From Leptolyngbyaceae cyanobacterium (GTDB taxonomy: Bacteria; Cyanobacteriota; Cyanobacteriia; Phormidesmidales; Phormidesmidaceae): 64,000 bases of DNA. A model generated the notes under the pieces. It did not search any database, was not told the DNA's origin, and saw nothing but the letters and a program-made list of their open reading frames with translations. Made by a program: the position numbers and the translations under genes. The DNA is taken from positions 3,456,001 through 3,520,000 of the forward strand of contig CBDHHL010000032.1 in assembly GCA_965263355.1 (NCBI GenBank), written 5' to 3'. Positions 1-9,400 of this stretch are shown piece after piece; within the stretch, counting starts at the first letter, position 1, and the number at the start of each line of letters is the position of its first letter.

Positions 1-461
1 CGGGACAGATTTGCCAGGCATTACCTGATACGAAGGTGTTAATTTTAACCACATCAACTGAGGATAGTCATTTGTATGCTGCTATCCAACAAGGGGCGTC
101 AGGTTATTTGCTCAAAAACATCCCCCCTGAAGATTTTATTCGTATTATTCAAAGCGCCTACAAGGGATATATGCAGTTTGATCCAACCATGGGGCAGACA
201 TTACATCAGCGACTGCAGCCACCAACGTCTCTAAATCACGCCGTTGGTGACTGGAAAGGGGTAACCCCCAGAGAACAAGAGGTTTTACAACTGATTGCTG
301 AGGGGGCTAATAATCGCGAAATTTCTCAAAAATTGCATATCGCTGAAAAAACCGTAAAAAATCATGTCAGCAACATTTTGAATCGAGTAGGCTTAAGAAA
401 TCGAACACAGCTTGCCATCTGGATTAATAATACTAATTTCGAAACGCTACAGACTGTGTAG
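1..461 (+). CDS. NarL/LuxR-family response regulator (5'-partial, begins before window)
   Basis: Receiver-domain tail (VLILTT...GASGYLLK) plus LuxR HTH (TPREQEVLQLIAEGANNREIS...TVKNHVSNIL); frame open back to the window edge. Confidence 0.9.
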   Translation, partial: GQICQALPDTKVLILTTSTEDSHLYAAIQQGASGYLLKNIPPEDFIRIIQSAYKGYMQFDPTMGQTLHQRLQPPTSLNHAVGDWKGVTPREQEVLQLIAEGANNREISQKLHIAEKTVKNHVSNILNRVGLRNRTQLAIWINNTNFETLQTV

Positions 462-548
462 CATAAAAATCTGGCCAATAGTCTCTGGTATCCTAGGGGT
501 AACATGAGACATAGCCCTAAACAGTGATTCTGACAAGATGATTAACAA

Positions 549-2279
549 GTGAACTGGACCGGGTCCTTAATGATACGTTGGAACCTTTGGGCAAAATTTA
601 GTTTGTTTCTTTTTCTGGTATGGCTGTTGGTCAGTGCCATAACCATCGGTTTGCTCTCGCAGCATCTCAATAGTCAAGCAGAGCAGGCTGTGAAAGAACG
701 GGCGGACATTGTGTTGACCTCAATGCAGGCGGTGCGCAACTATACGCGCGATCATGTACAACCCTTGTTAAGGGATAGCAGTGAAGTAGGGTATTTTGTG
801 CAAGAGAGTATACCCAACTTTGCGGCACGAACTATATTTGCAGATTTTCAACAACAGGATGTGCTGCTGAAAGATTTTTTGTACAAAGAGGCAACACCAA
901 ATCCCACCAATCCGTCGGATTTGGCGGATGCATTTGAGACTCGCATTTTTCGTCAGTTGCAACAGTTTATCAATGCTCAACCCCAAGGTTTGTCTGGCTA
1001 TCGCTCTCTAGAGGGTAAACAGCTGTTTTACATGGCACAGCCGCTAGTGATGAACGATGTCAGTTGTTTAGAGTGCCATGGCAGTGTTAAGGATGCTCCC
1101 AGCTATTTGGTGGATATGTATGGCGATCGCAACGGATTTGGGTGGCAACTCAACGATGTGGTAGCGGCACAGATGATCTATGTGCCTGCGGATATTATTT
1201 TTGATCGCGGACGTCAAAATCTGGTGACAGTGGCCAAAACGCTTTTGAGTATTTTAGGGGCGTTTTTTGTGGTGATTAACTTATTGTTATGGCGAACGGT
1301 GGTCAGACCCCTCAAAACCCTGACAACCATAGCTAAGTCCATCAGTAGCTGTGCTATTCAACCGCAACAAAATGCTGAAGTTCGAGACAAACATTTGGAA
1401 AAGTTAACGCTGCGCCAAGATGAGCCAGGACAGCTGGCACGTTCGTTTCATTACATGATCGATGTATTGAGTCGCCGGGAACAAGACCTACAGCAGGCGG
1501 TGCAAGAGCGGACCCAATCCCTGGAGCAGGAAATGCGCGATCGCAAAACGGCCCAGGATGCCCTACAGACCTATTCCCATGCCATGAACCATGACCTGCG
1601 CAACTTGGTCATGGGCATTTCTAATCTAGTGCAGGGGATGCTCTTTCGGTCATCCAGACAGGCTGCAGGAGCAAAACTCCCCCTAGAGCAGGTCCCGGTA
1701 ACGATAGAGCCTAAGGCATTGACAATGATTCAGCAGAGTTGCCAACGCCAGCTAAAACTCATGAGTGCGTTGATGAACGTTCAGGCTGCAGATATTTGGC
1801 ATATATCACTGCAGAAAGATAGCGTTAACCTCAGACAATTGACTGAAGACCTCAAGTTCTTCTACGCCCATAAGCAAGATTACTCAACCGTCAGAATAGA
1901 TAACCAAGTACTGGCAAATTTACCGCCAATTTATGGAGATTTTAGCCAACTCAGACGGGTATTCGAAAACTTAATTGGCAATGCCTTGAAATATAATCCC
2001 CAGGGAGTTGTCATCACCATGACTGCAAGCATATGGGAGCATAACCCAGCGATGATCCGGTGCGCAGTAATTGACAATGGCGTTGGCATTGATCCCACCA
2101 GCTGCCCCAACCTCTTTAAAATCTATACCCGTGGAAATACCCATTGTTCAGTAGCAGGCTATGGCCTTGGGCTTTACATTTGTCGAAAAATTGTTGAAGC
2201 TCATGATGGTACTATTGGTTTGGAGAGACCTGTTAGTGGCGGTGTCGAGTTCTGGTTTACGCTGCCCATCGTTGATTAG
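549..2279 (+). CDS. Sensor histidine kinase with DUF3365-like haem-c sensor domain, HAMP, HisKA and HATPase (start may be ATG 570)
   Basis: Two TM segments flank a domain containing CLECH; H-box HDLRN, N-box ENLIGNALKY, DNGVG and GYGLGL G-boxes. Confidence 0.85.
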   Translation: MNWTGSLMIRWNLWAKFSLFLFLVWLLVSAITIGLLSQHLNSQAEQAVKERADIVLTSMQAVRNYTRDHVQPLLRDSSEVGYFVQESIPNFAARTIFADFQQQDVLLKDFLYKEATPNPTNPSDLADAFETRIFRQLQQFINAQPQGLSGYRSLEGKQLFYMAQPLVMNDVSCLECHGSVKDAPSYLVDMYGDRNGFGWQLNDVVAAQMIYVPADIIFDRGRQNLVTVAKTLLSILGAFFVVINLLLWRTVVRPLKTLTTIAKSISSCAIQPQQNAEVRDKHLEKLTLRQDEPGQLARSFHYMIDVLSRREQDLQQAVQERTQSLEQEMRDRKTAQDALQTYSHAMNHDLRNLVMGISNLVQGMLFRSSRQAAGAKLPLEQVPVTIEPKALTMIQQSCQRQLKLMSALMNVQAADIWHISLQKDSVNLRQLTEDLKFFYAHKQDYSTVRIDNQVLANLPPIYGDFSQLRRVFENLIGNALKYNPQGVVITMTASIWEHNPAMIRCAVIDNGVGIDPTSCPNLFKIYTRGNTHCSVAGYGLGLYICRKIVEAHDGTIGLERPVSGGVEFWFTLPIVD

Positions 2280-2621
2280 TCATCAATGCAAAAAATTATT
2301 CGGTACCCGAGATTACCTAAAAAATGTCAGGGGATCAGAACAACATAGTGAAGTCTTTATATCTGTAACTTGCAATACGTTTTAACACGTTGTACAACAT
2401 AGATATCAGGTAAAGCGTATAAAGCAATACTTAATACTTGTGTTAACAAATTAAGACATGTTTAGGTTTTTAGCGTTTGAGACTTAGCGTTGTCGATAAA
2501 GAAATCACTTCAGTTCTTGAATTTACACCCTTATTACAATTAGATCAGCAACATAACGTTTGAAATTAGAGAGAGGTATTGCCTCTGACTATTTTCTTGT
2601 CCCTGTTTATAACTACCCATC

Positions 2622-3233
2622 ATGCTCCACTTACGTCATCCTTGCTTTATTGCACTCCATAGTCAACATGCTATCCAAAGCCATGATGTTTTGAAAATTT
2701 CTGATTTAGCCAACGCTGAAGGTATAGTGAACAATATCGAAGCCTACAGCTTTGATGAATTTCTTGGATTAACAATTTATCTATTTGTAACAACTCAGTC
2801 ACAATCGATCCGGGAAGAACTGTCATTTTATTTGTCAAAGTTTGGGAGTGCAGCTGTCTTGCCTCTGATACAAATCTTGTGTCGTATACAATTACCTGCA
2901 AATGTGCGACAGTTAGCACGGCAAAGTTTAGATGATATGGAGCTATATCCATTAATTATTGGGTTAAGCCACATCCTCGAACGTGAGATTGATAATATTT
3001 TGAGAACAGCAGCGATGGAGGTTTTGGTAAAGATTAGTCAAGAAAATAATCAATCAATTCTTTTGTTATTACCAAAGGTGCTTTCCAAAAAAACCTGGCA
3101 GGCATTGAAGGATAAGCTTTCAATGCTGTCGCCATCACCAAAAAATCATCAATCATGTCCTGACAGAAAAGTCTCCTTTAAATTAGAATCTTATTCAAAG
3201 GATGACAAACAACACTATGCTTTTATGCTTTAA
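2622..3233 (+). CDS. Hypothetical protein, possibly HEAT-like helical repeats
   Basis: 203-aa ORF with FGSAAVLPLIQIL and LRTAAMEVLVKI helix patterns. Confidence 0.5.
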   Translation: MLHLRHPCFIALHSQHAIQSHDVLKISDLANAEGIVNNIEAYSFDEFLGLTIYLFVTTQSQSIREELSFYLSKFGSAAVLPLIQILCRIQLPANVRQLARQSLDDMELYPLIIGLSHILEREIDNILRTAAMEVLVKISQENNQSILLLLPKVLSKKTWQALKDKLSMLSPSPKNHQSCPDRKVSFKLESYSKDDKQHYAFML

Positions 3234-3465
3234 TTAAAAGGTCAATCACCTTGGCAAGGTGACTCCATAGAGTGTTTAACGGACAATATATGGACAAATT
3301 TGATGACTTTTGTCTATAGTTAACATTGTTTTGCAACGTAAAGCTTAAAACTCAATAAAACTGTGACTTAAACGACACTGTTTTGTTGGTTTTTCTGATC
3401 TTATTAAAGAAGTAACAACAACCCTAGAAGGAAGCTTGCTATTGCGGCAGCTTTTTTAAACTCCC

Positions 3466-6033
3466 ATGAGCGATTCTCTACAAGCTAAAGCTACCAAAGA
3501 CACGACAGGACTTTCAGGAAATCGCACAGGTGTCACGATTGAATCAATAAAACAAGCATTGCTGGACAATCTCTTTTTTGTCCAGGGAAAGCCAGTGGCT
3601 CTGGCGACTCAGCATGATTACTACATGGCCTTAGCACACTTGGTGCGCGATCGCATGCTTGGCCGTTGGAACAGCACGGCGGAAAGCTACACCCAGACTC
3701 GGGCACGTACGGTTTGCTATTTTTCCGCTGAGTTTTTGATGGGTCCTCATCTGGGTAATAACCTGATCAATATGGGGATTTATGATCAGGTTAAGCAAGC
3801 TATAGGGGAGCTGGGCTTAGACTTTGATACATTATTGTCCCAGGAACCAGAACCAGGCTTAGGTAATGGTGGGCTAGGGCGTTTAGCCGCCTGCTATTTA
3901 GATTCCTTGGCATCGCTTGAAGTCCCTTCCTTGGGCTACGGCATTCGCTATGAGTTTGGCATTTTCCAGCAAGAAATTTGTGATGGCTGGCAGGTAGAGC
4001 GCACGGATAAATGGTTGCGCTATGGCAATCCTTGGGAAGTGGTCCGCCCAGAATGGGCGATGAAAGTAAAATTTGGTGGCCACACTGAATCCTCTGTTGA
4101 TAGTGAAGATCGGTATCGAGTTCATTGGATTCCAGACCGAGAAGTATTGGGAATTCCTTACGATACTCCGATTCTTGGGTATCAGGTCAACACAGCTAAT
4201 ACATTACGTCTATGGAAGGCTGCAGCAATTGAACCATTTGACTTTGCTGTCTTTAATCAGAGTGATTACTACGGCGCTGTTGACGAAAAGATTGCCTCGG
4301 AGAATATCACTAAAGTTCTCTATCCCAATGATGAAACGTTAGCTGGTAAACAGCTTCGTTTAGAACAGCAATATTTCTTTGTATCCTGTTCATTGCAGGA
4401 TATGTTCCGCATTTTGCAGGGGCAAAATATTCCGGTTGAGAAATTTCACGAAAAGTTCGCAATTCAGTTAAATGATACGCATCCTGCGATCGCATCTGCA
4501 GAACTCATGCGTTTGCTAATGGATGACTATGGGCTGGATTGGAGCTTGGCCTGGGAAATTACCCAGAAAACCTTAGCCTATACCAACCATACCCTGATGC
4601 CTGAGGCGCTTGAAAAGTGGCCCGTTAGCCTATTTGATAGGCTACTGCCTCGTCATCTAGAAATTATTTACGAAATTAACGCCAGGTTCCTGGAGCTTGT
4701 CCGTATGCGGTTCCCCAAGGATTCTGAGCGTCTGGCTCGACTATCCCTGATTGATGAAACGGGTGAGCGTTATATTCGCATGGCTAACTTAGCCTGTGTC
4801 AGTAGTCATACCATTAATGGCGTTGCCGCACTCCATAGCGAATTGTTAAAGCAGACAGTCCTGAAAGACTTTTACGACTTGTTCCCAGAGAAGTTTGCCA
4901 ACGTAACTAATGGTGTGACCCCTCGCCGTTGGATTGCCCTGAGTAATACCCGCCTGACTCAAGCGATCACCCAACGCATTGGCGATACCTGGCTGAAAAA
5001 CTTGGAAGAGTTGAAGCAACTTGAGTCGTTGGCCCATGATGCAACATTTCAAGACGAATGGCGACAAATCAAACAAACTGCTAAGCGAAACCTGGCCAGT
5101 CGCATTCATGACCAATTGGGTATCTTGGTGGATCCTGCATCCTTGTTCGATGTACAGGTAAAACGCATTCACGAATATAAGCGTCAGCATTTGAATGTGC
5201 TACACATTGTCACCCTTTACAGTCAGCTAAAGCAAAATCCTAATCTGGATATTACACCGCGCACATTCATCTTTGGCGGTAAAGCAGCCCCTGGTTATCA
5301 CATGGCAAAGTTGATCATCAAGCTGATTACGTCAGTCGGCGATATGATCAACAAGGATCCTGATCTGTGTAATAAGTTGCGGGTCATTTTCTTACCCAAT
5401 TATAATGTCACCAATAGTCAGAGAATTTATCCAGCCTCTGATTTGTCGGAACAAATTTCGACTGCTGGATATGAGGCATCTGGCACAGGCAACATGAAGT
5501 TTGCCATGAATGGAGCCCTTACCATTGGTACGTTAGATGGCGCTAATGTAGAAATTCGCCAAGCTGTTGGAGACGATAACTTCTTCCTATTTGGTTTGAC
5601 TGTCGATCAAGTTACTGACCTCAAAGCTCGGGGTTATAATCCCCGTGATTACTATGAGGCTAATTCTTCCTTAAAGGATGTCATTGACCTGATTTCATCA
5701 GGACATTTTTCCCAGGGAGATACCGACTTGTTTAAACCACTTTTGGATAAACTGCTTCAAGAAGATCCATTTATGTTGTTAGCCGATTATCAATCATATG
5801 TTGATTGGCAACAGATTGTTGGTCAAGCCTATTGCGAAACCCATGATTGGACCTATATGTCTATTCTTAATTCTATTCGCATGGGCCATTTCTCTTCTGA
5901 TCGGTCGATCCAAGACTATTGTCAACGCATCTGGAAAGTATCACCGTCTCCGATCAATTTAGACCACCATGCTAAATCGGGGTCTGATATTGGCGGAGAA
6001 CTTGCCTGTAAGCTGAGAAACCAGCAAGCATAA
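3466..6033 (+). CDS. glgP: Glycogen/starch phosphorylase
   Basis: GLGNGGLGRLAAC, QLNDTHP, VKRIHEYKRQ and EASGTGNMK (PLP lysine) motifs. Confidence 0.97.
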   Translation: MSDSLQAKATKDTTGLSGNRTGVTIESIKQALLDNLFFVQGKPVALATQHDYYMALAHLVRDRMLGRWNSTAESYTQTRARTVCYFSAEFLMGPHLGNNLINMGIYDQVKQAIGELGLDFDTLLSQEPEPGLGNGGLGRLAACYLDSLASLEVPSLGYGIRYEFGIFQQEICDGWQVERTDKWLRYGNPWEVVRPEWAMKVKFGGHTESSVDSEDRYRVHWIPDREVLGIPYDTPILGYQVNTANTLRLWKAAAIEPFDFAVFNQSDYYGAVDEKIASENITKVLYPNDETLAGKQLRLEQQYFFVSCSLQDMFRILQGQNIPVEKFHEKFAIQLNDTHPAIASAELMRLLMDDYGLDWSLAWEITQKTLAYTNHTLMPEALEKWPVSLFDRLLPRHLEIIYEINARFLELVRMRFPKDSERLARLSLIDETGERYIRMANLACVSSHTINGVAALHSELLKQTVLKDFYDLFPEKFANVTNGVTPRRWIALSNTRLTQAITQRIGDTWLKNLEELKQLESLAHDATFQDEWRQIKQTAKRNLASRIHDQLGILVDPASLFDVQVKRIHEYKRQHLNVLHIVTLYSQLKQNPNLDITPRTFIFGGKAAPGYHMAKLIIKLITSVGDMINKDPDLCNKLRVIFLPNYNVTNSQRIYPASDLSEQISTAGYEASGTGNMKFAMNGALTIGTLDGANVEIRQAVGDDNFFLFGLTVDQVTDLKARGYNPRDYYEANSSLKDVIDLISSGHFSQGDTDLFKPLLDKLLQEDPFMLLADYQSYVDWQQIVGQAYCETHDWTYMSILNSIRMGHFSSDRSIQDYCQRIWKVSPSPINLDHHAKSGSDIGGELACKLRNQQA

Positions 6034-6081
6034 GCGAACCGACTATTTTTCAACTCTTTTGCTTGTAAAACGTTTTGCCAC

Positions 6082-6112
6082 ACAGCCCTGGTATATTTCC
6101 AGGGCTGTTTTC
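6082..6112 (+). terminator. Intrinsic terminator between convergent glgP and TAXI genes
   Basis: ACAGCCCTGG/CCAGGGCTGT 10-bp stem followed by a T-rich tract. Confidence 0.7.
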
Positions 6113-6120
6113 TGTTTAGA

Positions 6121-7881
6121 CTAAAACCTTTGTTCACGTTTCTTGCGCTCAACGGTCTCACGGGCAATATCATAGGCTTCTGAAAACGTTTGGAAAGATT
6201 CTCGTGAGAAAATATCTTCTTTTGTTAGAGTTTCACCTGCCTCAAAAAAGAGTGTATCTAAGCGATTAGAGAGTGTATTGAGATCGCTGCCCTCTGACTC
6301 AATTTTCGTCATTAGCTCAACCACCTCATCGACATAAATTGACGAAAACCGACGCTGCCTTTCTTCAATTTCACGTTCGATCATTTCGCGGGCTGACTTA
6401 TACGCCTCACTAAACGCACGAAAACCCTCATGGTCAAGGCTAGAACTAGCAAATTGAAACGCTTTATCCAGTTCTGCATGTTGATCAGAAAGATAGACCA
6501 ACCGCGAAGTGAGCCAGTTTTTATCATCCGCCTGACGTGGCTGGTCGTAGATATTGAGTTTTTTCATCAACTCCACAAGCACCTTGATCTGCTTATTAGC
6601 TTGGGTCTTTCTAAAGCTGGTGTAGCCTGAATAGGCTAAAAGTGCCAGGGTAATAATCAACGCAAGAAAGTCCGCGTTTTCAATTACAAACGGTACCTGA
6701 AACGGAGTAAAGAAAGCCGTTGCCCCCCGATGGGCCGGAATGACGGTCTCGGTTGTCGGTGCAGTTATATTGCTGACTAAAGGCACCACAGACTCTGGGT
6801 TAAAATCAGCTGCTGTAAATTCCTCTGACTTCACCAATGTTGCCAGGGCATCCCGCAGTTCTTGCTGGTGCTCAAAGAGAATTCTGGTCAGCGTCTTAGC
6901 ATGGCCCTTAGGCAAGGATTTATGGGCCACCAGCAATCGTTCGATCGCAATCGTATCTAAATCAGTAGGCGGTACAGGGGGAGAACCTTGGTAGGTACCT
7001 TGGGGAATAGAGGACGCTTGATAGGCCGGATAAGTGGTCCCTTCCAGGGCCTTTGCCTGGGGAATCGCAACAGGTACCCAACCTTGGGCAATCAGCTGTT
7101 GAATTCTGCGATTCCCCAATCGCCGCACTCTAAAGACAGCAGCCACATCATTTCTGGCTAGCGTTTCTTTCAGTTCTTGAGGCCCATCCTGTCTACTCAG
7201 TCCAAGATGAATATCTAAGTAGAACGGAAAATTAAAGTGCTCGGCCAAGGTTTTGAGAGAGGGACGCTGTCCGCCTGCTTCTGGTGTGGCAATCTTTTGC
7301 CCATTTAGCTGATTTGGCCCAATGGTTAGTTTAGACAGGTCGGCCATTTCTGGACTTGTGAGGTTGATTTTTTCAGGATCTACCAGCAGTTGAAAATGGT
7401 CTTGGTAAAGAATAGCCAGTGCTCTAGCTGAGGCAGCCGACGGTAAACCAGCAGGGCTATCATCAGCCCGTTGAGGAATCAGCGAATAATAAAGCCGGTC
7501 AGCCTGGGCCGTAATTAGATTGACCTTGAGATTGGCAATTGAACGTCCTGATGTGCAGCTGGCTGGGTTGACTAAAGATTTTCTCTCAAGCGCACGGATA
7601 TTATCATCTGTGCCATCGGTCGCACATACGTCTAGCCGAATGGACGAGTTAGCTTCTACCACGTCTTTAAAGGCACGACTAAACAGATAGCTTTCTCCCG
7701 TTTTATTGCCCGCCGCCAGAACTAGGTATGAACCACTCAAGCCGAAAAATCGTAGCAAAAACCAGATCAGACCAATAAATAATCCACCACCGAGAAGAAA
7801 CAGTGGATATATAGCTTTGGCCGGTTGCTCAGATAGGGCAGCTGAAATAGCTGAGGGCTTTTTTCGAAAACTCGTCGACAT
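6121..7881 (-). CDS. TAXI-family (TRAP-associated) solute-binding protein with membrane anchors and C-terminal helical extension
   Basis: LAAGNKTGESY, TDGTDDNI, IPQGTYQGSPPVP and PAHRGA TAXI-like motifs; TM segments at both ends of the domain. Confidence 0.75.
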   Translation of the reverse strand: MSTSFRKKPSAISAALSEQPAKAIYPLFLLGGGLFIGLIWFLLRFFGLSGSYLVLAAGNKTGESYLFSRAFKDVVEANSSIRLDVCATDGTDDNIRALERKSLVNPASCTSGRSIANLKVNLITAQADRLYYSLIPQRADDSPAGLPSAASARALAILYQDHFQLLVDPEKINLTSPEMADLSKLTIGPNQLNGQKIATPEAGGQRPSLKTLAEHFNFPFYLDIHLGLSRQDGPQELKETLARNDVAAVFRVRRLGNRRIQQLIAQGWVPVAIPQAKALEGTTYPAYQASSIPQGTYQGSPPVPPTDLDTIAIERLLVAHKSLPKGHAKTLTRILFEHQQELRDALATLVKSEEFTAADFNPESVVPLVSNITAPTTETVIPAHRGATAFFTPFQVPFVIENADFLALIITLALLAYSGYTSFRKTQANKQIKVLVELMKKLNIYDQPRQADDKNWLTSRLVYLSDQHAELDKAFQFASSSLDHEGFRAFSEAYKSAREMIEREIEERQRRFSSIYVDEVVELMTKIESEGSDLNTLSNRLDTLFFEAGETLTKEDIFSRESFQTFSEAYDIARETVERKKREQRF

Positions 7882-8116
7882 GGTGCTAACAACACACTAA
7901 TAAAAAGAACATCAAGCCGGGTAAGGGGCTAAACCTACTGTTTACCTTTTTCTTTCAGGAGCCGCCCAGGCAATTCCTGTACCCGGTTTTATTAACAAAA
8001 GTTAAAATATCGATGTATCCTACCCGGCAAATCTGCTCTGTCAGGTTGCGTCTTTGGATACGTAGCACGCCCCCAAAGCTCCCTAGAATTAGGTTTGGGA
8101 ACTCAAGGAATAGCCC

Positions 8117-9397
8117 ATGACCATCTGGCATACAGGACTGCACCACAGTATTAAGTTGATTGCCGGATTAGGGCTACTGCTGCTGCCTGGTTGCGGTTTT
8201 TTTACCCCCAGTGAAGCCCAAGTAGGTCGTCCAGGTAAGCCTGAACGTTCAGAAAATCAGCCCGTTGCTGTAGAAACCGCTCGCGCCCAAACTAGCACTC
8301 TCATAGCAGCACTGGACTACACTGGCACGACCCAACCCCAGCAACAGATAGCCCTACGAGCCCAGACGGCTGGGGAGATAGTGGCACTCAACGTAGACGT
8401 AAGCGATGCGGTACAGCCAGGGATGATATTAGCCCAAATCGATAGTGGCTTATTAACCGCTCGGGTGAATGAAGCCCAGGCAGAGCTATCCGTCAGACAG
8501 TCAGAAGTAGTCCAGGATCAGGTCTCGATTGCCGATGCCCAGGCAGTTGTCGCCCAAGCCAAAGCGACTAGAGACCAGGCAAAAATCGATGCCGACCGCC
8601 TGCGGCAATTAGCCAACCAAGGAGCCATTTCTCACCAAGCCGCTGAAGCCGCCGAGTTAGCGTTGGCCAATGCCAAAGAGACCGTTAATGCAGCTGAGGC
8701 CCAGGTACAGGCAAGGCAGCAAGCCATTGCCGCCGCCACCAGTCGAGTAGATGCTCAGCAAGCCGTCGTTGCAGAAGCCAAGGAACAGCTACGGTGGGTG
8801 AATTTAAAGGCCCAAAGGTCTGCCACTGTGCTTGCTCGCCTGGTTGACCCTGGTGACTACGTTCAGCCAGGAACGACTCTATTAGAACTTGGCGACCTCA
8901 GTACATTAAAAATCGCGGTTCAAGTGTCCGAGCTAGACTTTGGGCAACTCACCATGGGTCAACCGGCCCAGATTCGACTTGATGCATTTCCAGAGATCGA
9001 CGATCTCACCGGTCGTATCACTCGCATTTCACCAGTGGCCGATGCCACATCGCGGTTAGTGACGGTGGAGGTGACGGTGACGAACCCTGATAACCGGCTT
9101 GGCAGTGGTTTATTGGCTCGGGTGCGGTTTATCCCACCGGGCGGTGAGCGTATCGTTGTGCCGATAACGGCTTTGGAGCTTGGGGTAAACGAGAATACTG
9201 TTTTTGTGGTGAAGCAAGAGAATGATCAATCTACGGTGGTAGAACGGTCAGTAAACGTAGGAGAGCGCCATCAAGGGCAGGTAGAAATTCTCTCAGGGCT
9301 GGAGAGCAATGAACCCTATGTAGTGAACAGTGATGCCCCCTTAGAGACAGGGCAGGCAGTGCGGTTGAGTATTTTGTCTGACGGAGTAGGTGAGTGA
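8117..9397 (+). CDS. RND efflux periplasmic adaptor (membrane fusion protein)
   Basis: Lipobox-like LPGC, long coiled coil, GRITRISPVAD; directly upstream of an RND permease. Confidence 0.92.
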   Translation: MTIWHTGLHHSIKLIAGLGLLLLPGCGFFTPSEAQVGRPGKPERSENQPVAVETARAQTSTLIAALDYTGTTQPQQQIALRAQTAGEIVALNVDVSDAVQPGMILAQIDSGLLTARVNEAQAELSVRQSEVVQDQVSIADAQAVVAQAKATRDQAKIDADRLRQLANQGAISHQAAEAAELALANAKETVNAAEAQVQARQQAIAAATSRVDAQQAVVAEAKEQLRWVNLKAQRSATVLARLVDPGDYVQPGTTLLELGDLSTLKIAVQVSELDFGQLTMGQPAQIRLDAFPEIDDLTGRITRISPVADATSRLVTVEVTVTNPDNRLGSGLLARVRFIPPGGERIVVPITALELGVNENTVFVVKQENDQSTVVERSVNVGERHQGQVEILSGLESNEPYVVNSDAPLETGQAVRLSILSDGVGE

Positions 9398-9400
9398 ACC

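Noticed and set aside
2365..2378. NtcA box GTA-N8-TAC
   Set aside because: No correctly spaced -10 element, and the motif is short enough to occur by chance in AT-rich DNA.
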